From the human T2T-CHM13v2.0 reference genome, Homo sapiens: a stretch of 64,000 nucleotides of DNA. The DNA is taken from assembly GCF_009914755.1 (NCBI RefSeq), contig NC_060936.1. The stretch is one strand, 5' to 3'. The position numbers were made by a program, and so were the translations under genes. Of the stretch, positions 15,150 through 30,935 are shown one piece after another. The notes below the pieces were generated by a model. It was not told the origin of the DNA. It was given only the letters and a program-made list of their open reading frames with translations, and searched no databases. How positions within the stretch are numbered: the stretch's first letter is position 1; every line of letters begins with the position of its first letter.

Positions 15150-15651
15150 TGTTAGATATGAGTTCTAAATTTCTTTACAAAGAATCAATATGTCAGTATG
15201 TTCAATTCTTTGCCTTCTACTTTTAAACTTCACTTCCTCATAAAGCAACCTTTTTCGATCACCTGCTCCACCCTGACTCATTTCAATCACCTGCTCCACC
15301 CTGACTCATTCCCATTACCGGCTACCTGGTCTGCCCTGACTCATTCCTTACCCTGCATAACCATTTTTTCCTGCCAAGCCATTCACCCTGTCACTTTCTT
15401 TCAATTAGCCAATGAGAATTAGTTTAGATGCTGCGGTATAACCCTAGCCAATAGGGGAACAACACAGCAGCAGGGGCCGCCTGCGTCAGGGATAAGAACC
15501 CCTTCCCCTCCCTTGTCCAAGTGTGCGCTCACCATTGCTCCATCTGTAAGGGTGCACCCTTCTATAGAGGTACCTTGCCTTGCTGAGAATTAAAAAGAAA
15601 ATTTTATATTCAAGTGCTATTTTTTTTGCCGCACGGAAACTATTTATAACA
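15150..15651 (+). mobile_element. ERV1 solo LTR, LTR10 family (LTR10A/F-like, HERV-I)
   Basis: TGTTAGATATGAG...TATAACA; 4-bp TSD GTGG at 15146-15149 and 15652-15655; internal CACCTGCTCCACCCTGACTCA repeats. Confidence 0.85.
15274..15452 (+). promoter_or_regulatory. Three AP-1 sites and two CCAAT boxes in the LTR U3 region
   Basis: TGACTCA at 15274-15280, 15302-15308 and 15337-15343; CCAAT at 15409 and 15448. Motifs only; activity not shown. Confidence 0.65.
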
Positions 15652-16289
15652 GTGGGCTGCATGCCATCCTGAGAATTCATCTCTCAGAATTGTGGCCTAT
15701 GCATTTCAGTTCATGCCAACTAACCAACTTTGAATATAACATTGTACTTTCCCTTCTAACTCTCTATTTATTTAGGTCTTTGTTGACTTAAAAGATTATC
15801 ATTAGTGCAGCAAAGAGTGAAAGGCTCTGTGTTAGACCTGACAACTGTATTACTTTACTTGGGTGTCACTGACTGGTCTCTTAGGCCGTAGTTCATTCCA
15901 CCTAGTTCCTGTTGATCATGGTTGGCAAGGTAAACTTTCTTGAAAACAATTTCTTCCACATTGGTCTTTAGTTTTATCCATTGTCTTTCAATCAAATATG
16001 AACATTTTAGCTCATATTTCAAGTTCTCTCCACCCCATCATCAGGCTTCTCCATGCCTGTTCAGCATAATTCACCTCATCTTGCTGCCCTTTGGCCTCTC
16101 TCTGTAAGCAGTTAGTCTGACCCAGGAGATCTTTTCAAACCTCTTTCATCTTCATTTGTACTGGAGCTTTGTGAAAGACAGGTGAGGTGATGGGCCATGT
16201 CCTCTGGTGCCTGACTTCCTTCCACCTTTTCTCAACAATCTGTATAGCACGTGTACTTATTGTAGCAACAACAGTCATAGTAATGATAT

Positions 16290-16530
16290 CTTTTATTACT
16301 GAGTTCCTACCATGTAAGGCACTAAATTGTTTCATATGTATCATCTCTGCTAAAACAATAGCATGATTTAGGTAAATATGGGTATTATTATCTCCATTTT
16401 ACAAACAAAATATTGAGATCCGAAGGATTAAGAAATGTACCCAAAGTCATACAGTTAGTCGATGTCAGAGCCAGGATTTAACCAGTTGGTATGCCTCTAG
16501 AGTTTTTTATCTTAACCATTATACTTTTCT
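16290..16530 (-). mobile_element. MIR
   Basis: TATTATTATCTCCATTTTACAAACAAAATATTGAG...CCCAAAGTCATACAG; boundaries approximate. Confidence 0.75.
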
Positions 16531-17109
16531 GGCTCCTGCAAATGACCATGTGCTGTGAGGAGTACAAAGATGTAAAAGATCCAGTGCCTGTACCACAAAG
16601 TTGACTGTTTAGTTTGGTAGATTAGAGATGCACACAAATAACTTTTTTATAGGTCAGTGTGTGACAGGAACTGGAAAAATGGGCCTAAGTTGCAATGTGG
16701 ATCTAGAGTTGGGAGAAGGCTGCCCAGAAGCTCTGAGACTTTAGTCTTGGAAAGATAGGTACCATTTTCATGGGTATCTAAACTATTCAAACTTAACATG
16801 TTATTTTATTCTGGCTTGCATGTTTATTTCGTTTTCTTTTGTTTTTGGCTTTCTTCTCAATTAGAGAAGTTCTTTTAAAGCAAGGTTCATGTCTTATGCC
16901 TCTGTATTTTCCATATATTACTAGCACAGTGTTATGTACGTAGTAAATTATAAATAGTTTGTGATTAACCACTTAAAGATAAAATTTATTTATGAAAACA
17001 ATTACATCAGCCTTTTCCAAAGTACACCTTACTAAGCAGTATTCTCTTAATTGTTCTTATGGAAGCTATATTTTCCCTTTCATTATATTCATCAACTTTC
17101 AAGTAGGAG

Positions 17110-17250
17110 TTTAATGTGTGTTTTTTCTACTAGACTGTTAAGACCCATGAGGACAAGGACTGTGTGTGTCCTGTATACCACTGAATCCTGGGTGCTTGCA
17201 ATGTGTGCATATAGTAGTTGTTCAATAAATGTTCATTGAATAAATGAAAT
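17110..17250 (+). mobile_element. L2 3' end
   Basis: CTAGACTGTTAAG...TCAATAAATGTTCATTGAATAAATGAA. Confidence 0.7.
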
Positions 17251-18220
17251 AGGTCTCTCAAGGAACCCGTTTAAAAAAGCCTTCCTTGACCTAGGGAGTT
17301 TATGAAATGCTGCATGGATATTATGCCATCCTCTTGAATATTCACAGTTGTATGTCGGCAGATGAAATCTCCAAAAACCTTGCAGCAAAGAAATCTGTTT
17401 AAAGTGGGTTATACAGTTTATTAAATTAAACTGAACTGATGAACTACCCTCCTCCTTTATTTCCCTTAGGAGAATTTGTTAATATTCTGTGAAATCACTG
17501 ATGAGCAGACACTCTCAGGAAAGCCATTTTTGGGGGAATCTGATTGTAGCATTTGTCACACAATATTGTTACAACTATAGATCCCAAGAAATGTGCCCTC
17601 TTCTCAATCCTTTTCCAGCCAAAGGGACTGACCATTCCAAAAGATAGAAACCAGGACCACACCTTCCTAAGGTAACCTTGTCATCTACACAAAGAGGACT
17701 GCTCTATGCTCTTATTCATATTCTTTGTCAGTGTGTGACAAAGGCTTTTGTTCGCAATAGCCTGCCTGGTCGAGGAGAATTATTTTTATTGGGTTGTTTC
17801 CAGTATTTGTCTATAAGCTTCACATTTATTTACAAAGACTGTGAGAGAACTAACTTCACAGGGCTCAAAGAGGAATAATAAGGGTAAAAGATTAAAGGCT
17901 GTGTCTTTTAAGAAAGGTTAAATAAGTTGAAGTAATTTAAAGGAAAAATACAAATAATAAGGAAGGACAGACTTAATGAAATAAAATTCAGCATGCTACC
18001 TGAAGTCGGTCTGTGTGCAGGCTGCCTGGCTTTTTGTCGCTGAATGCCCAGATGCTGGTCCTGTTTAATGCCTATCTTCAGGTCCAGCGTTATCTCTGAT
18101 TTTATAACATATGCCAGCAGTCATTCCTAGTATCAATATCAAAGCTATACTCCCTATTTTTTTGAGACTAACATTAAGTGCTTGCTATATATTAATTTGC
18201 CAAGTGTATTTTATGCATCA

Positions 18221-19674
<1,454 letters not shown>

Positions 19675-19682
19675 GACTCTAA

Positions 19683-20161
<479 letters not shown>

Positions 20162-23111
20162 AACGCTGGGTTTCTTAGTCATACTGCTGTTTGGCCCAGG
20201 AAGACATTGAGCTATTACTGTGAAATCCGACCTGAGGTCTCCAAGAAGCTGATTCCAGATGTGTTTTTAGGTTATTCAGTACCTACCTTGAACACCAGTT
20301 TCCATTGACATGTTTCCATTTCTTAACCTTAGTTCATTAGTGATGATATTTCTCTCCCTCAACCTTTTCATTTCTCAGAGTCTCCTACTTTTGAAGGCTG
20401 TTTTCCATCTGTTTAAATCTCTGGCCACCTAGACATCCACGATGTGCTTATTTTTCCCCAGGCCTTGGACTCAGTTTGGACTTGACCAAAACTTTCCTTT
20501 TCTCTTTGGCAAGCTTTCACATTCCAGAGCTATTTTCTAATATTTGTCCTCCAAGACCTGCTTTAGATTAATTGACCCCTGAACACTTTGAAAAGTTAAA
20601 ATCATATGCTTTTCCATGAGGAGCAAGGGAGTGGGTGACATGGAGAGCTGCACTGGCAGTGACAGTTCTGAGTTCTCTATCCTTCACCTAGCTCATGCTG
20701 AGAGAGAGGGGTGTGGCAATAGCAAGCTTGGAGGCCTGTAGGCAGGACAGATGATCCTATTGGTTAGAGACACCTGGCCTTAAGCAAATGTTGTTTATAC
20801 TTTACCCTCTTCATCCTGAACCAATTTAGTGTCCTCTTAGATCACCTTTTGCAGCACCAAGCAAACTTATAATGAGCTAACAGTATTATCTTAACAACCA
20901 GCACCAACATTCTTCCTACAGAGGAAAATGTCAATACTGGGGAGATGTTTCAATATGGGTTTAGGGCAAAAAGTGGGTTCCCCAATGGCTGGGGTGTCAG
21001 CTGGCATCCAGGTCTCAGGGGATTGGGAAGCTGCCAAGCACAATGCAGAGAAAATGACACTCTTGGTTCAATAGGGGGTGGGGAGCAGAAGGGAACAGCA
21101 GAGATGGACAGAGATGAACACAAGGGAGGTAAGATAAAGCTGTCAAGTTGGGGGAAGGCTATTCAGGGAACTGTGTGACCCTCTCCACACTTCATCACCC
21201 AATTTATAGGAAAATCTGCTTATCCCCAAAAGGCGTGGTATGAATGAGGGTTGTTGTGGAGCTAAAGGAGAGGCTCAGTTCTAAGTTGGGTTCTTCCTAG
21301 CGTAGGACAGAGGCATTGTGCAGAGACAAGGCCCAAGAGACATAAGAGGCAGGAGAGAGCTTTGGGTGCTATTGGACATAAAATAAAAAGGGATTCATGG
21401 CAATTTTACCCAGATTTCATAGTCAGGGAGTTCTCAGCTATAGTACTGTGAATGGCTTTAACCTTTTCCCATCTATATTCTTACATTAATTCCAGTCTTC
21501 TCCTGGAGAAGACTCTGGTTCCACAATACCTACATATTGAAATCTTGCTAAACTCAAATCCCATTCCTATGGAAATTCTGAACATTCAGTATAAAGTGAA
21601 CTTTCACATGGCAGGTGCATTAAGTTTTCCATATGTACCCTGTTGTTTTAGTTATATTTCAAGCTTCTAGAAAACAGACACTTAATGAATTTTTGAAGTA
21701 AATAACTTATTAGTCTTCCCTAGGAGACATTGTTATTTACAAAAATGTACAATTGAAATCAAATTTTATAACGGGAAAAATTGAATCTGTAGAAATAACA
21801 CACATATGTATATGTATAGCTTTGCCACCAGTATCTAAATACCTCTCTATCCCATTTCTTTAAGGTTCTGATCAAATATCAGGCCTGACCTCCCTCTTCT
21901 CCATTCACCCCATACCATCTATCATTCTTTTTTTTTCCAATAGTTATCGGCACCTGGATGTATAATTCATGGAACTATTCATGTATTTGTTGACTGTGTC
22001 TCCTGCCACTAGGACATATATTACATGAAGGCAGAGACTGTGTTCTCTTCCCTGGTGTATCTTCAGTGCCTAGAACAATGCCTGTCTGGACTATAGTTTG
22101 GCCCTCAGTAATATTACATGAATAAATCCACAGCCATGGTTAGAACTGTATCTTTCTTTCTGCTTTGACATTCAGAGTTAATAAACATATGTTAGACATT
22201 TATATTTGCATAACCAGGTAAATCACTCAGAACTCAGTATGTAGCTTCATTACCTATGATTAGAAATAAACAGCCAAGAAGAGAAAAGCAGAAAATAACT
22301 ATTTCTTGTAAAGTGAAGTGTGATGTCTAGATTGAAACTTCACAAAGCAGATGTGTGCAATCATTTCTTTCCTGATGAATTTCGGGGACACATTTGCCCT
22401 CTACATAACTTTGTCTATAACTCAAAACTGTATAGCAGGTTTAAAAAAATCTGATTCCAGATATATTAAAGAAATTGATTAAGTGTGTCAATTTCCTGTA
22501 AATACACCAAACCTTAATATACATAGAAATTTGGGTTTGGAGGAGACTTTGAAATTTCTCTTTCAAGATGGTTATTTTATTTTATAAATGAAGCAACCAA
22601 AGAATAGAAAAATCAAGTGACCTACTGGAGCACACTGTATGTGAATTTAGAAGTAAAACTCAGCCTACAACTCAGGGCTGTGCCTGCCCCACTGCACTGC
22701 ACAACTTCTCTATATTGCTGGAAACACGACAGTTCTGCCCAGTTTTCAAGCAGCTTTTCAAGTTACAGGTCCTGACTTCAGAGTTTATCTCACATTTCGT
22801 TTGTATCTATTTTTACTTTCTTTCCATCTTTTATTCCAGCTTATCACTATTTCTGGCGACTTCTAGACCGAGGGATAGCTTTAATGTACTAAAAATAAGA
22901 ATCTCTTCCCTCCTGTTTTCCATTACTGTTTTTTCCTTTCCTGTATATGAATGTTCACTATCTTTTTTCTCCTCCTCCCGTGATGACTTCCTATACTCTA
23001 AAGTATATTTGACTCAACCTCCTTAACGATCACTCGTAATTAGTTTATGTGTTTCCATATATTTGTGTTCATGACAAGTTTTTATCTGATCATCAAAATT
23101 TAAGCCCCTTG

Positions 23112-23557
23112 AAACGAAAATTAAAATCAAAATGAGATACAACTATATATCTATCAGAATTAAAAAGAGTGACCATACCAAGTGTTGAGGAGGATATAGA
23201 AGAACTGGAGCTCTCATATGCTGCTCCTGGGAATGCAAAATGGTACAACCAGTTTGGAAAAACAGTTTGGTGCCTTCTTTAAAGGTTAAATAACACCTAT
23301 CTTATGATCCAGCTATTCTACTCCTAGGTATTCACTCAAGATAAATGAAAGCATATGTCCATATAAAGAGTAGTACAGGATAGAGGAATTATAAAGGGAC
23401 AGGAGGAAAAACTTTGGGTGGTAAATCATATGTTCATTTTCTTGATGTTAGAGATGGTTTCACAGGTGTATATATGTGTCAAAACTTATCAAATTTTGCT
23501 TTTTAAATACGTTCAAGTTACAGTATGACAATTATAACTCAAAAAGGTGGTTAAAAG
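23112..23557 (+). mobile_element. Old L1M 3' fragment with preserved TSD
   Basis: L1 ORF2 C-terminal and 3'UTR motifs; TTTAAGCCCCTTG at 23099-23111 and 23561-23573. Confidence 0.8.
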
Positions 23558-24069
23558 AATTTTAAGCCCCTTGGATGCTGAAACTGTAACTTTTCTTTAA
23601 TAGCTCTCAGAAATGCCTGGCAAAATGCCACACAACCTCTGAGAACTAAGTATATATTTATTGATAAATTGTTTGACTCAATAATAGTTTAGCGATTTCC
23701 CTAGGACCATGAATTTTAGGTATTATCCTGACATTGAGAATAGTTCAATTAAGATCAACTAACAGTTACTAAGCTTCTCCTTTGAAGCAATAAAATATGA
23801 GACGTGTTTTTGATGCATTTATAATCAGGCTGATATTAACATAATCAGGCTGATTTTAACACAGAAACTTTCTATTCAAAGCCAAAACAAAATCCATTGA
23901 ATTCTATAAAAATTAAGCAATTTAGTAAAAAATGTAGTCAGCCTAATTTTGCATCACGCAAATTAAACATTTGACTGATTTTTGTTTTCCAGTAATTGTA
24001 ATATTGTATGGCATTCATAAGGAATTATAACCTCTGTTTCTCTTCACTAATAACAAAATATCTTCCATT

Positions 24070-24407
<338 letters not shown>

Positions 24408-24419
24408 TAGATAATACAA

Positions 24420-24620
24420 CATGCACCAGGCATTTTATAAAATTACCTTATTTAATCGTATAACAATATGAGAGATAATTAGTTAATGAAGCATCCCTCT
24501 TAAACAGATGAAAAACTAAGGCTCAGAGAAATTAATCATTTGGCCAAGATCATACAACCAGTAAACAGAGGAGGTGAGATTTGAATCCGAATCACTCTGA
24601 CATCAAAGCACAGTTTTCTA
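24420..24620 (-). mobile_element. MIR
   Basis: ACAGATGAAAAACTAAGGCTCAGAGA...GGCCAAGATCATACA; boundaries approximate. Confidence 0.75.
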
Positions 24621-25358
24621 TTTTTGTATCCCTGAATAATTTGCATTATCTTTGCAGGAGTGTCATGGACTTGATCATACTGCTAACTTATTAAACCAAA
24701 ATGTAAATTCTTTTTTTTGGATAGATTAGCAACAAAAAAAATTAAAAACACTGCTTCATTCATTCACAGTAAAGCCAGAAGATACTAGAACTCTATATAG
24801 ATTTTTATACACACACATAGATATATAAAACACACATATACCTGCAATTAGAATTCTTTAACATTTAAATCATACCTATTTCCTTCACAGCATTTTATAT
24901 TTTAGTTCTTCTTATCTCTCTTTAATGTACTTTTTATGCCCAGGTTACAAAATAAAGTATGTTATATTGGTGAAGCTTTGCCTGGTTCTTATCTTAGGTT
25001 CCAGTAGGTTTGGATGTTCTCGGTGTGACCTGGAAATTTCCCCAGAGGCCAATTTGTGGTATCTGGCCTAATTCTATAGAAAGTTCCTCTCATGTAGTGT
25101 TTCTCAGATATTTGCATTCCTTGACTTCTGCCCACTCTTTTTTTCTACTTTAAATGTTCTCCCACTGTGACTAATTTTCAGTTTTATAACCACATGAAAA
25201 ACAAACAAACAAAAAAGATCAGTTACTTAAGGCGCCAACAGGACAAATCATTGCCCAGAGCTTGCAATGACGGTTTCCCTTGTTATTGCAACAGATGTTA
25301 AAGATTGGAAGAAAGGGTAGGACAAAAATGAGGTGGGAGCCTTACAGCCTTACTCATA

Positions 25359-25666
25359 TTTTTTTTTTTCTTTTTGGTAGATGGGGTCTCACTCTGTCAC
25401 CTCGACGGGAGGGCAATGGCATGATCACAGCTAACTGCAGCCTCAACCTCCTGGGCTCAAGTGATCCTCCTGCCTCAGCCCCCTGAGAAGCTGGGACTAC
25501 AGGCGAGGGCCACCATGCCCAGCTGCTTTTATTTAAAAAATTTTTTTGTGGAGACTGCATCTCACAGTGTTGCCCAGGGTATTCTCAAACTCCTGGGCTC
25601 AAGCGATTCTCCCGCCTAAGCCTTCCAAAGTGTTGGAATTACAGGCATGAGCCACTGTGCCTGGCC
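25359..25666 (-). mobile_element. AluJ
   Basis: J diagnostics CTCCTGGGCTCAAG in both arms. Confidence 0.9.
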
Positions 25667-25925
25667 TAAGATAATTTTTATTTAAAATACTTTACTTTGA
25701 TCTTAGCGTTGCTCCATTTTGAGAACTTCCTAGCTTTAAGGACAATTGCATTGTGTAGAAAATCTGGTGAAAATGCCTTTAAATGATAGAAATATCAGCG
25801 AGAGTTAGTTTGGTTTAACCAACTTTTGATAAGACATTTAGTTCAGTGCCATTTTGGTTTAATTAATATTATTTTACTTCTTTGGCAAATTAGCATGGCT
25901 TCTTCAACAAATGTGGCTGTGAAGT

Positions 25926-26458
25926 TGTGGCAGACAGCCACGTTTACTACTTGAGACCGTCACTACGACAGTTATTACTATTACTACTTGAGACCGTCAT
26001 TATGACGGTTACTACTGTTACTGCTTGAGACCGTCATTACGAAACTGAACGAAGGGGGATGAATGTAGATATGAAAACTTAAGACAAAAGAAACTGTTTT
26101 AAAGGAAGGGGCCAGGGGAAGAAGAGAGCTTGGTGTTCCTAGTGAGCAAACGCAGCCCCTGAGCTTCCACAGCCCATTGTATTTATTGGTTAGCAAGAGC
26201 AGGAAGGAGGAGGTAATGATTGGTCAGCTGCTTAATTGATCACAGGTTCACATTATTACTAACAGGCTTCAGATGTACCTAATCAAAAGAAACACCGCAC
26301 TTGGGGCGTGACTGCCCTCAGCAGTCCTTCCGGTTGGCAGACGCAGTTTGTCAGTTTGCCAACATTCTGCATTTATGAGAAACAGTTTGCTGCTTACTCA
26401 TAGAGCCTCCAGTGGTATAATGAGCTGATCACGACCCTCATTCTTTCTGCCTGCAACA
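25926..26458 (-). mobile_element. ERVK-class solo LTR (LTR3/HML-6-like, subfamily tentative)
   Basis: TG...CA ends; perfect 6-bp TSD TGAAGT at 25920-25925 and 26459-26464, typical of class II ERVs; minus strand starts TGTTGCAGGCAGAAAGAATGAGGGTCGTGATC. Confidence 0.75.
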
Positions 26459-27923
26459 TGAAGTCATTCATTTGGGTATGCTGCATGGACCATTTAGAAA
26501 CAGCCACATCACAGGCACTCCTCTATGAAAAGAAGGGCTCTTTGGATGAAGAGTGTTCTTGTGGAGGGTGTATAGAAATATGAAATATGATCTTGTCCTA
26601 GAGAAGCATTCATACTGAGTAGGGGGCAGCCAGCACACATGAACCCATAAAATAATAATAAAGGGCTGCCTATGGTCAACTGCCGTAAAATAAATACTAT
26701 AGATTATCAGAGTGGAAAAAAAATCTACCATGGCCTGACATGAAGAGGTTGGTAGTCATTTAGCTCATACTATGTGTAAGCCATTTTGAAAGGTGCTGTT
26801 TAAGATAAGAATAAAATGACAGGGCTCCTGCTCTTTGTGGGTGTGTACCCAGAAAATTATGTAATAAGGAAAGCAAGGAATTCAAAGCAAAATCTTCAGT
26901 GAATCATAGTGAATGAGAATGCTTCTCATGGAAAGATGAGAAGGAGTTCAGGGAGGTGATATTTGAATTTAGACTTAAAAGATGGGTAGAATTTAGACAT
27001 AAGGAAGTTGGAGAAAGTGGAAGGGTATTTGTAGGTAGGAAAAACAGCCCAAGGAAAGACATAGAGGCATTAAATCATAGGATATTCAGAAAAAAATGTG
27101 TTATGTGAAGGAAACAAAAAAGCCGAAGAGAGGTGGAGGAGAATGTGGTGGGTATTAAATAACTTATGGTGGACAACAGGGAAACATTATAAGTTTGATA
27201 TGAGAAGAAATACGATCATAATTATTGAGGAAGAAGAGAAGAAAACCCAGGACAGAATGTAGAGGAGCTCCAAATTTGAATGGTGGATAGAAGAGAATGA
27301 GATAAAAAAGAAGAGAAGCAGCAGCCAGAAAAGTAGGAAGAAAATCAGGAGGCAACTGGACCTCGAAAACAAGAGGCAGAACATTCCAAGAGTAGGTGGT
27401 CAGCAGAGATGTCAGGCAAAATGAAGACTAGAAAATATGTATTGTCTTTATGATAGGGAGGTCGTTGGTGTTTTTGGCAAGTTGCATGATAAGAACTAAA
27501 TTGGAATAGATTGACTTCTGATTGGTGGATGTGGAAATTAAGACAAAACTTAGATGGTTTTTTATTTTCTTTTGTTTCTGTTTGGCTGTAATGAGACAGG
27601 ATAGAATAGAACCTGGAGAGAAACATGAGGTTAAAAGAGGTTATTATATTTAAATGGCAGAGACCTTCTTCACAGATGTATAAGGCAATTGGAAAGGTCT
27701 AGTGTGGGTGGGGATTGACTGTAAAAGAGAAGTGAGATATTTGATGGTTTAGTGAGAAGAGTTTTGGGTGCTGGGTGAGGTGGACAGGATGAAGTCCAAA
27801 GCAAGGATAAAAGGAAGAGTGGGAAGGCCTCTACTGTTACATAATAACAATAGAGGAAAGAGACATAGAACAGGTTAAGCTGTAGGTAGGTTTATATCTT
27901 GGTTGTTGGAAGAAGAGGACATT

Positions 27924-28305
27924 TATATTAATTTGCTAGGGTTACTGTGACAAATACCACCGAATGTGTGGCTTAAACAATAGAAATTTATTTTCTCACA
28001 ATTCTGGAGACTAAAAGATCAAAGATTAATGTGTTGGCAGGGTTATTTTCTCCTGAGGCCCCTCTCCCTGGCTTGCAGATGACTGTCCTCCTGTCTTCAC
28101 AAGGTCTTTTCCCCAGGTGTCTGTATCCTAATTTCTTCTTTAAAAGACACGCGTCATATTGGATTAGGGGCCACCCATCCCTTCTCATTTTATCTTAGTT
28201 ATCTCCTTAAAGGCTCTATTTCCAAATACAGTCACATTCTGAGACAATGAGGGTTAGGACTTCAACAGAAGAATTTGGGGGTGTGGACACAATTCAGCCC
28301 TAACA
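27924..28305 (-). mobile_element. MLT1 (MLT1B-like) solo LTR
   Basis: GGCTTAAACAATAGAAATTTATTTTCTCACAATTCTGGAG...GACACAATTCAGCCCTAACA. Confidence 0.8.
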
Positions 28306-28748
28306 GCATCCCTACCTGAGATTTTTATCTGTTAAGTAGAAAGAAAGGTCATTTTCTGGGAACGAGGAGGGGAGAGGAAGGGCAAAGATTTAAGAGTAGA
28401 AGCATTTTGAACATTTTATTGTAGGGGTGGTCAGGTTGACCAGAGAAATGTAATTGTATTATTCAGTGTGGATGGCCCATTGAAATTGGTGATTATGAGT
28501 TCACAGTGTGACTTTCTCCAGCAGAAATATGTGCCTAGGTGCAGGCTGGGAAGGAACTGATGGCTTTGTTTGAGTGATGCTACTAAAAGACACAGAGACA
28601 GGAGAGTAAACAGAATGGATAAAAGACAAGTAAAGAAAAAAGACGCTAATTGGTTTGAAGAAAGTTGAAGAGGCAATAGATTTGGGGATTCCAATAAGGC
28701 CAAAGAATGGTTGAATAATAGTAATTGATAATCGTAACTGATATAGGG

Positions 28749-29083
28749 TGATTATGGTTTGGCTCTGTGTCCTCACTCAAATTTCACCTTGAATTGTAAT
28801 GTGTCAAGGGCAGGACCAGGTGGAGATAATTGAATCATGGGGGCAGTTTCCCCGTACTGTTATCATGATAGTGAGTGAGTTCTCATGAGATCTGATGGTT
28901 TTATAAAGGGCTTTCCCCTTTGCTCAGCCTGCCGCCCTATGAAGAGGTACCTTCCACCATGATTCTAAGTTTCCTGAGTCCTCCCCAGCCATGTGGAAAT
29001 GTGAGTCAATTAAACCTCTTTTTTTTCATACATTACCCAGTCTCAGGTATTTCTTCACAGCAGTGTGAGAATGTACTAATACA
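28749..29083 (+). mobile_element. THE1/MST solo LTR
   Basis: TGATTATGGTTTGGCTC...CTAATACA; TSD TAGGG/GAGGG. Confidence 0.85.
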
Positions 29084-30329
29084 GAGGGAGAGGGCTCATT
29101 ACACGGGAGGAATGTTTAAATTGCATGGATCACATAGAGATAACAGCACAGGCTAAAGTCTGACTTTAAAAGTGGATGGTTTTGGAGATGTGAAGGTCAA
29201 GGAATGAAGACAGATCTTGAGTAGGAAACAACACTGAACTGTCAGTCTTCAGTGGGTGAAGGAGCTTGGATAGGCTGACAGTAGATGGCAACAAAGAGGA
29301 GAGGGAGGGTTGGTATAGCCAAGTGGCATGGACCCCAGAGAGGTAGTTTTTAATAAAAGGGAGCAGAACTAGTTGTCTGGAGTGATAATGGGGAGCAGGT
29401 AGGACACCAACCCCATCTCCCAACCTTGTGATGCATGATTTGAGGATAATAAATAGTCACCCCTTGAGAAGGCTAAAAGGAAAGTCATGAGTTTAGAGAA
29501 GAGCTTGGAGGCAAGGAAGTATAGGAAGCATCCAGAGAACAGATTGAATTTAGAGACATCTTCTGGTCTCCAGGATATAGAGAAATAGAAGTTGGCCAAG
29601 AGATAGAAGATCAGGCCCAGACAAGAATAAACAAAGCATTATGGAGATAATGTTATACGAAGAATGAATGTTTTGGAGTGCTTAAACTTGGGCACTATTC
29701 TTTTTACAAACTAGGATGAGAGAGCTGGTGAATAGCATTTAACAATTTCTCTCTAAGGGTGAGCAATAGGCCTGATGGAGAGATGGGAGATGCAGAAACT
29801 GCAGATCTCACATTGATTCTAATGCCTCTTTTCCATTAATTCTTTCAACAAATAATGTGTAAGATCTAATGATGCCAGGTCCAGTGCCAGGGACTGGGGA
29901 TGTAAAGATGAATGGTGTGGAGTTTGTCCTTGAAAAGGTCTCTGTCTAATAAGGAGATACCTAACTACAACACTGTAATAAATGACAACTTAGAAGTATT
30001 TGTAAGGTAAAATGTGGGCACAGAGACAGGAGTCCGATGAGACATGGTCTACAAGTTGTATATTCACTCATCTTCTGAAAGGTCCCCAACATCCACATAG
30101 AAGGGGCCTCCACTTTCTTTTCCAGGAAGATTCACCCAGAATGTTAACATGCTGTCCTTAGTCATCATGGCATTGACATAACTGCAGTGGCTAATCCATA
30201 GTTTCTGCTAATCAGACTAAAATATTTCAGCTTCCAACACTTTCTCTCTCTCAACCAGGAAATTTACAACTGAAAATGAATTCCATTCCTTACCATCTTG
30301 ACTTCTTCTTTTCATCTTACTGTAACCCC

Positions 30330-30935
30330 ATGTGTCTCAAACTCAAGATGCCTCAAAATCACCTGAAGGGCTCTTGTTGACCACAGTTGGCAGGGTCTTA
30401 CCACCAAAGGTTCTGATTCATAGGTCTGGATGGCACCTGAGATCTTTCCATTTCTCGCAAGTTTCTGGGTGTATTAGGCCACTCTGATGTTGTATAAAGA
30501 AATACCTGAGGCTGGGTAATTTACAAAGAAAAGAGGTTTAATTGGCTCGTGGTTCTGCAGGGTGTATAGAAAGCATGGTGCCAGCATCTGTGTCTGGTGA
30601 GGGTCTCAGGAAGCTTATAGTCATGATGGAAGGCAGAGGAGGAGCAGGTGAGTCACAGGTGACAGTGGGAGCAAGAGAGAGCAGGGAGGTGACATGCAGT
30701 TTTAAACAACCAAATCTCGGGTGAACTTGCAGCCAGAACTCACTTATCACGAAGGGGATGGTGCTAAGCCATTCATGAGCGCTCTACCCCCATGACCCAA
30801 ACACTTCACACTAAGTCCCACCCCAATACTGGGGATTACATTTCCACATGAGATTTTTAGGGGACAAATATCCAAACGGTATCACCAGATGATGCTGAGG
30901 CTCATGGACCAGAGTCCATACTTTGAGAACCACTG
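30330..30935. mobile_element. MER5A-like hAT MITE, split by an MST LTR
   Basis: AATCACCTGAAGGGCT...TTCTGATTCA on the left; TGATGCTG...ACTTTGAGAACCACTG on the right. Confidence 0.7.
30470..30884 (-). mobile_element. MST (MSTA/B) solo LTR
   Basis: TGTATTAGGCC...AAACGGTATCA MaLR structure. Confidence 0.85.

Noticed and set aside
25944-26042. CRISPR-like array of ~37-bp palindromic repeats
   Set aside because: The units are head-to-tail with no unique spacers, lie inside a retroviral LTR, and there are no cas genes; the DNA is eukaryotic.
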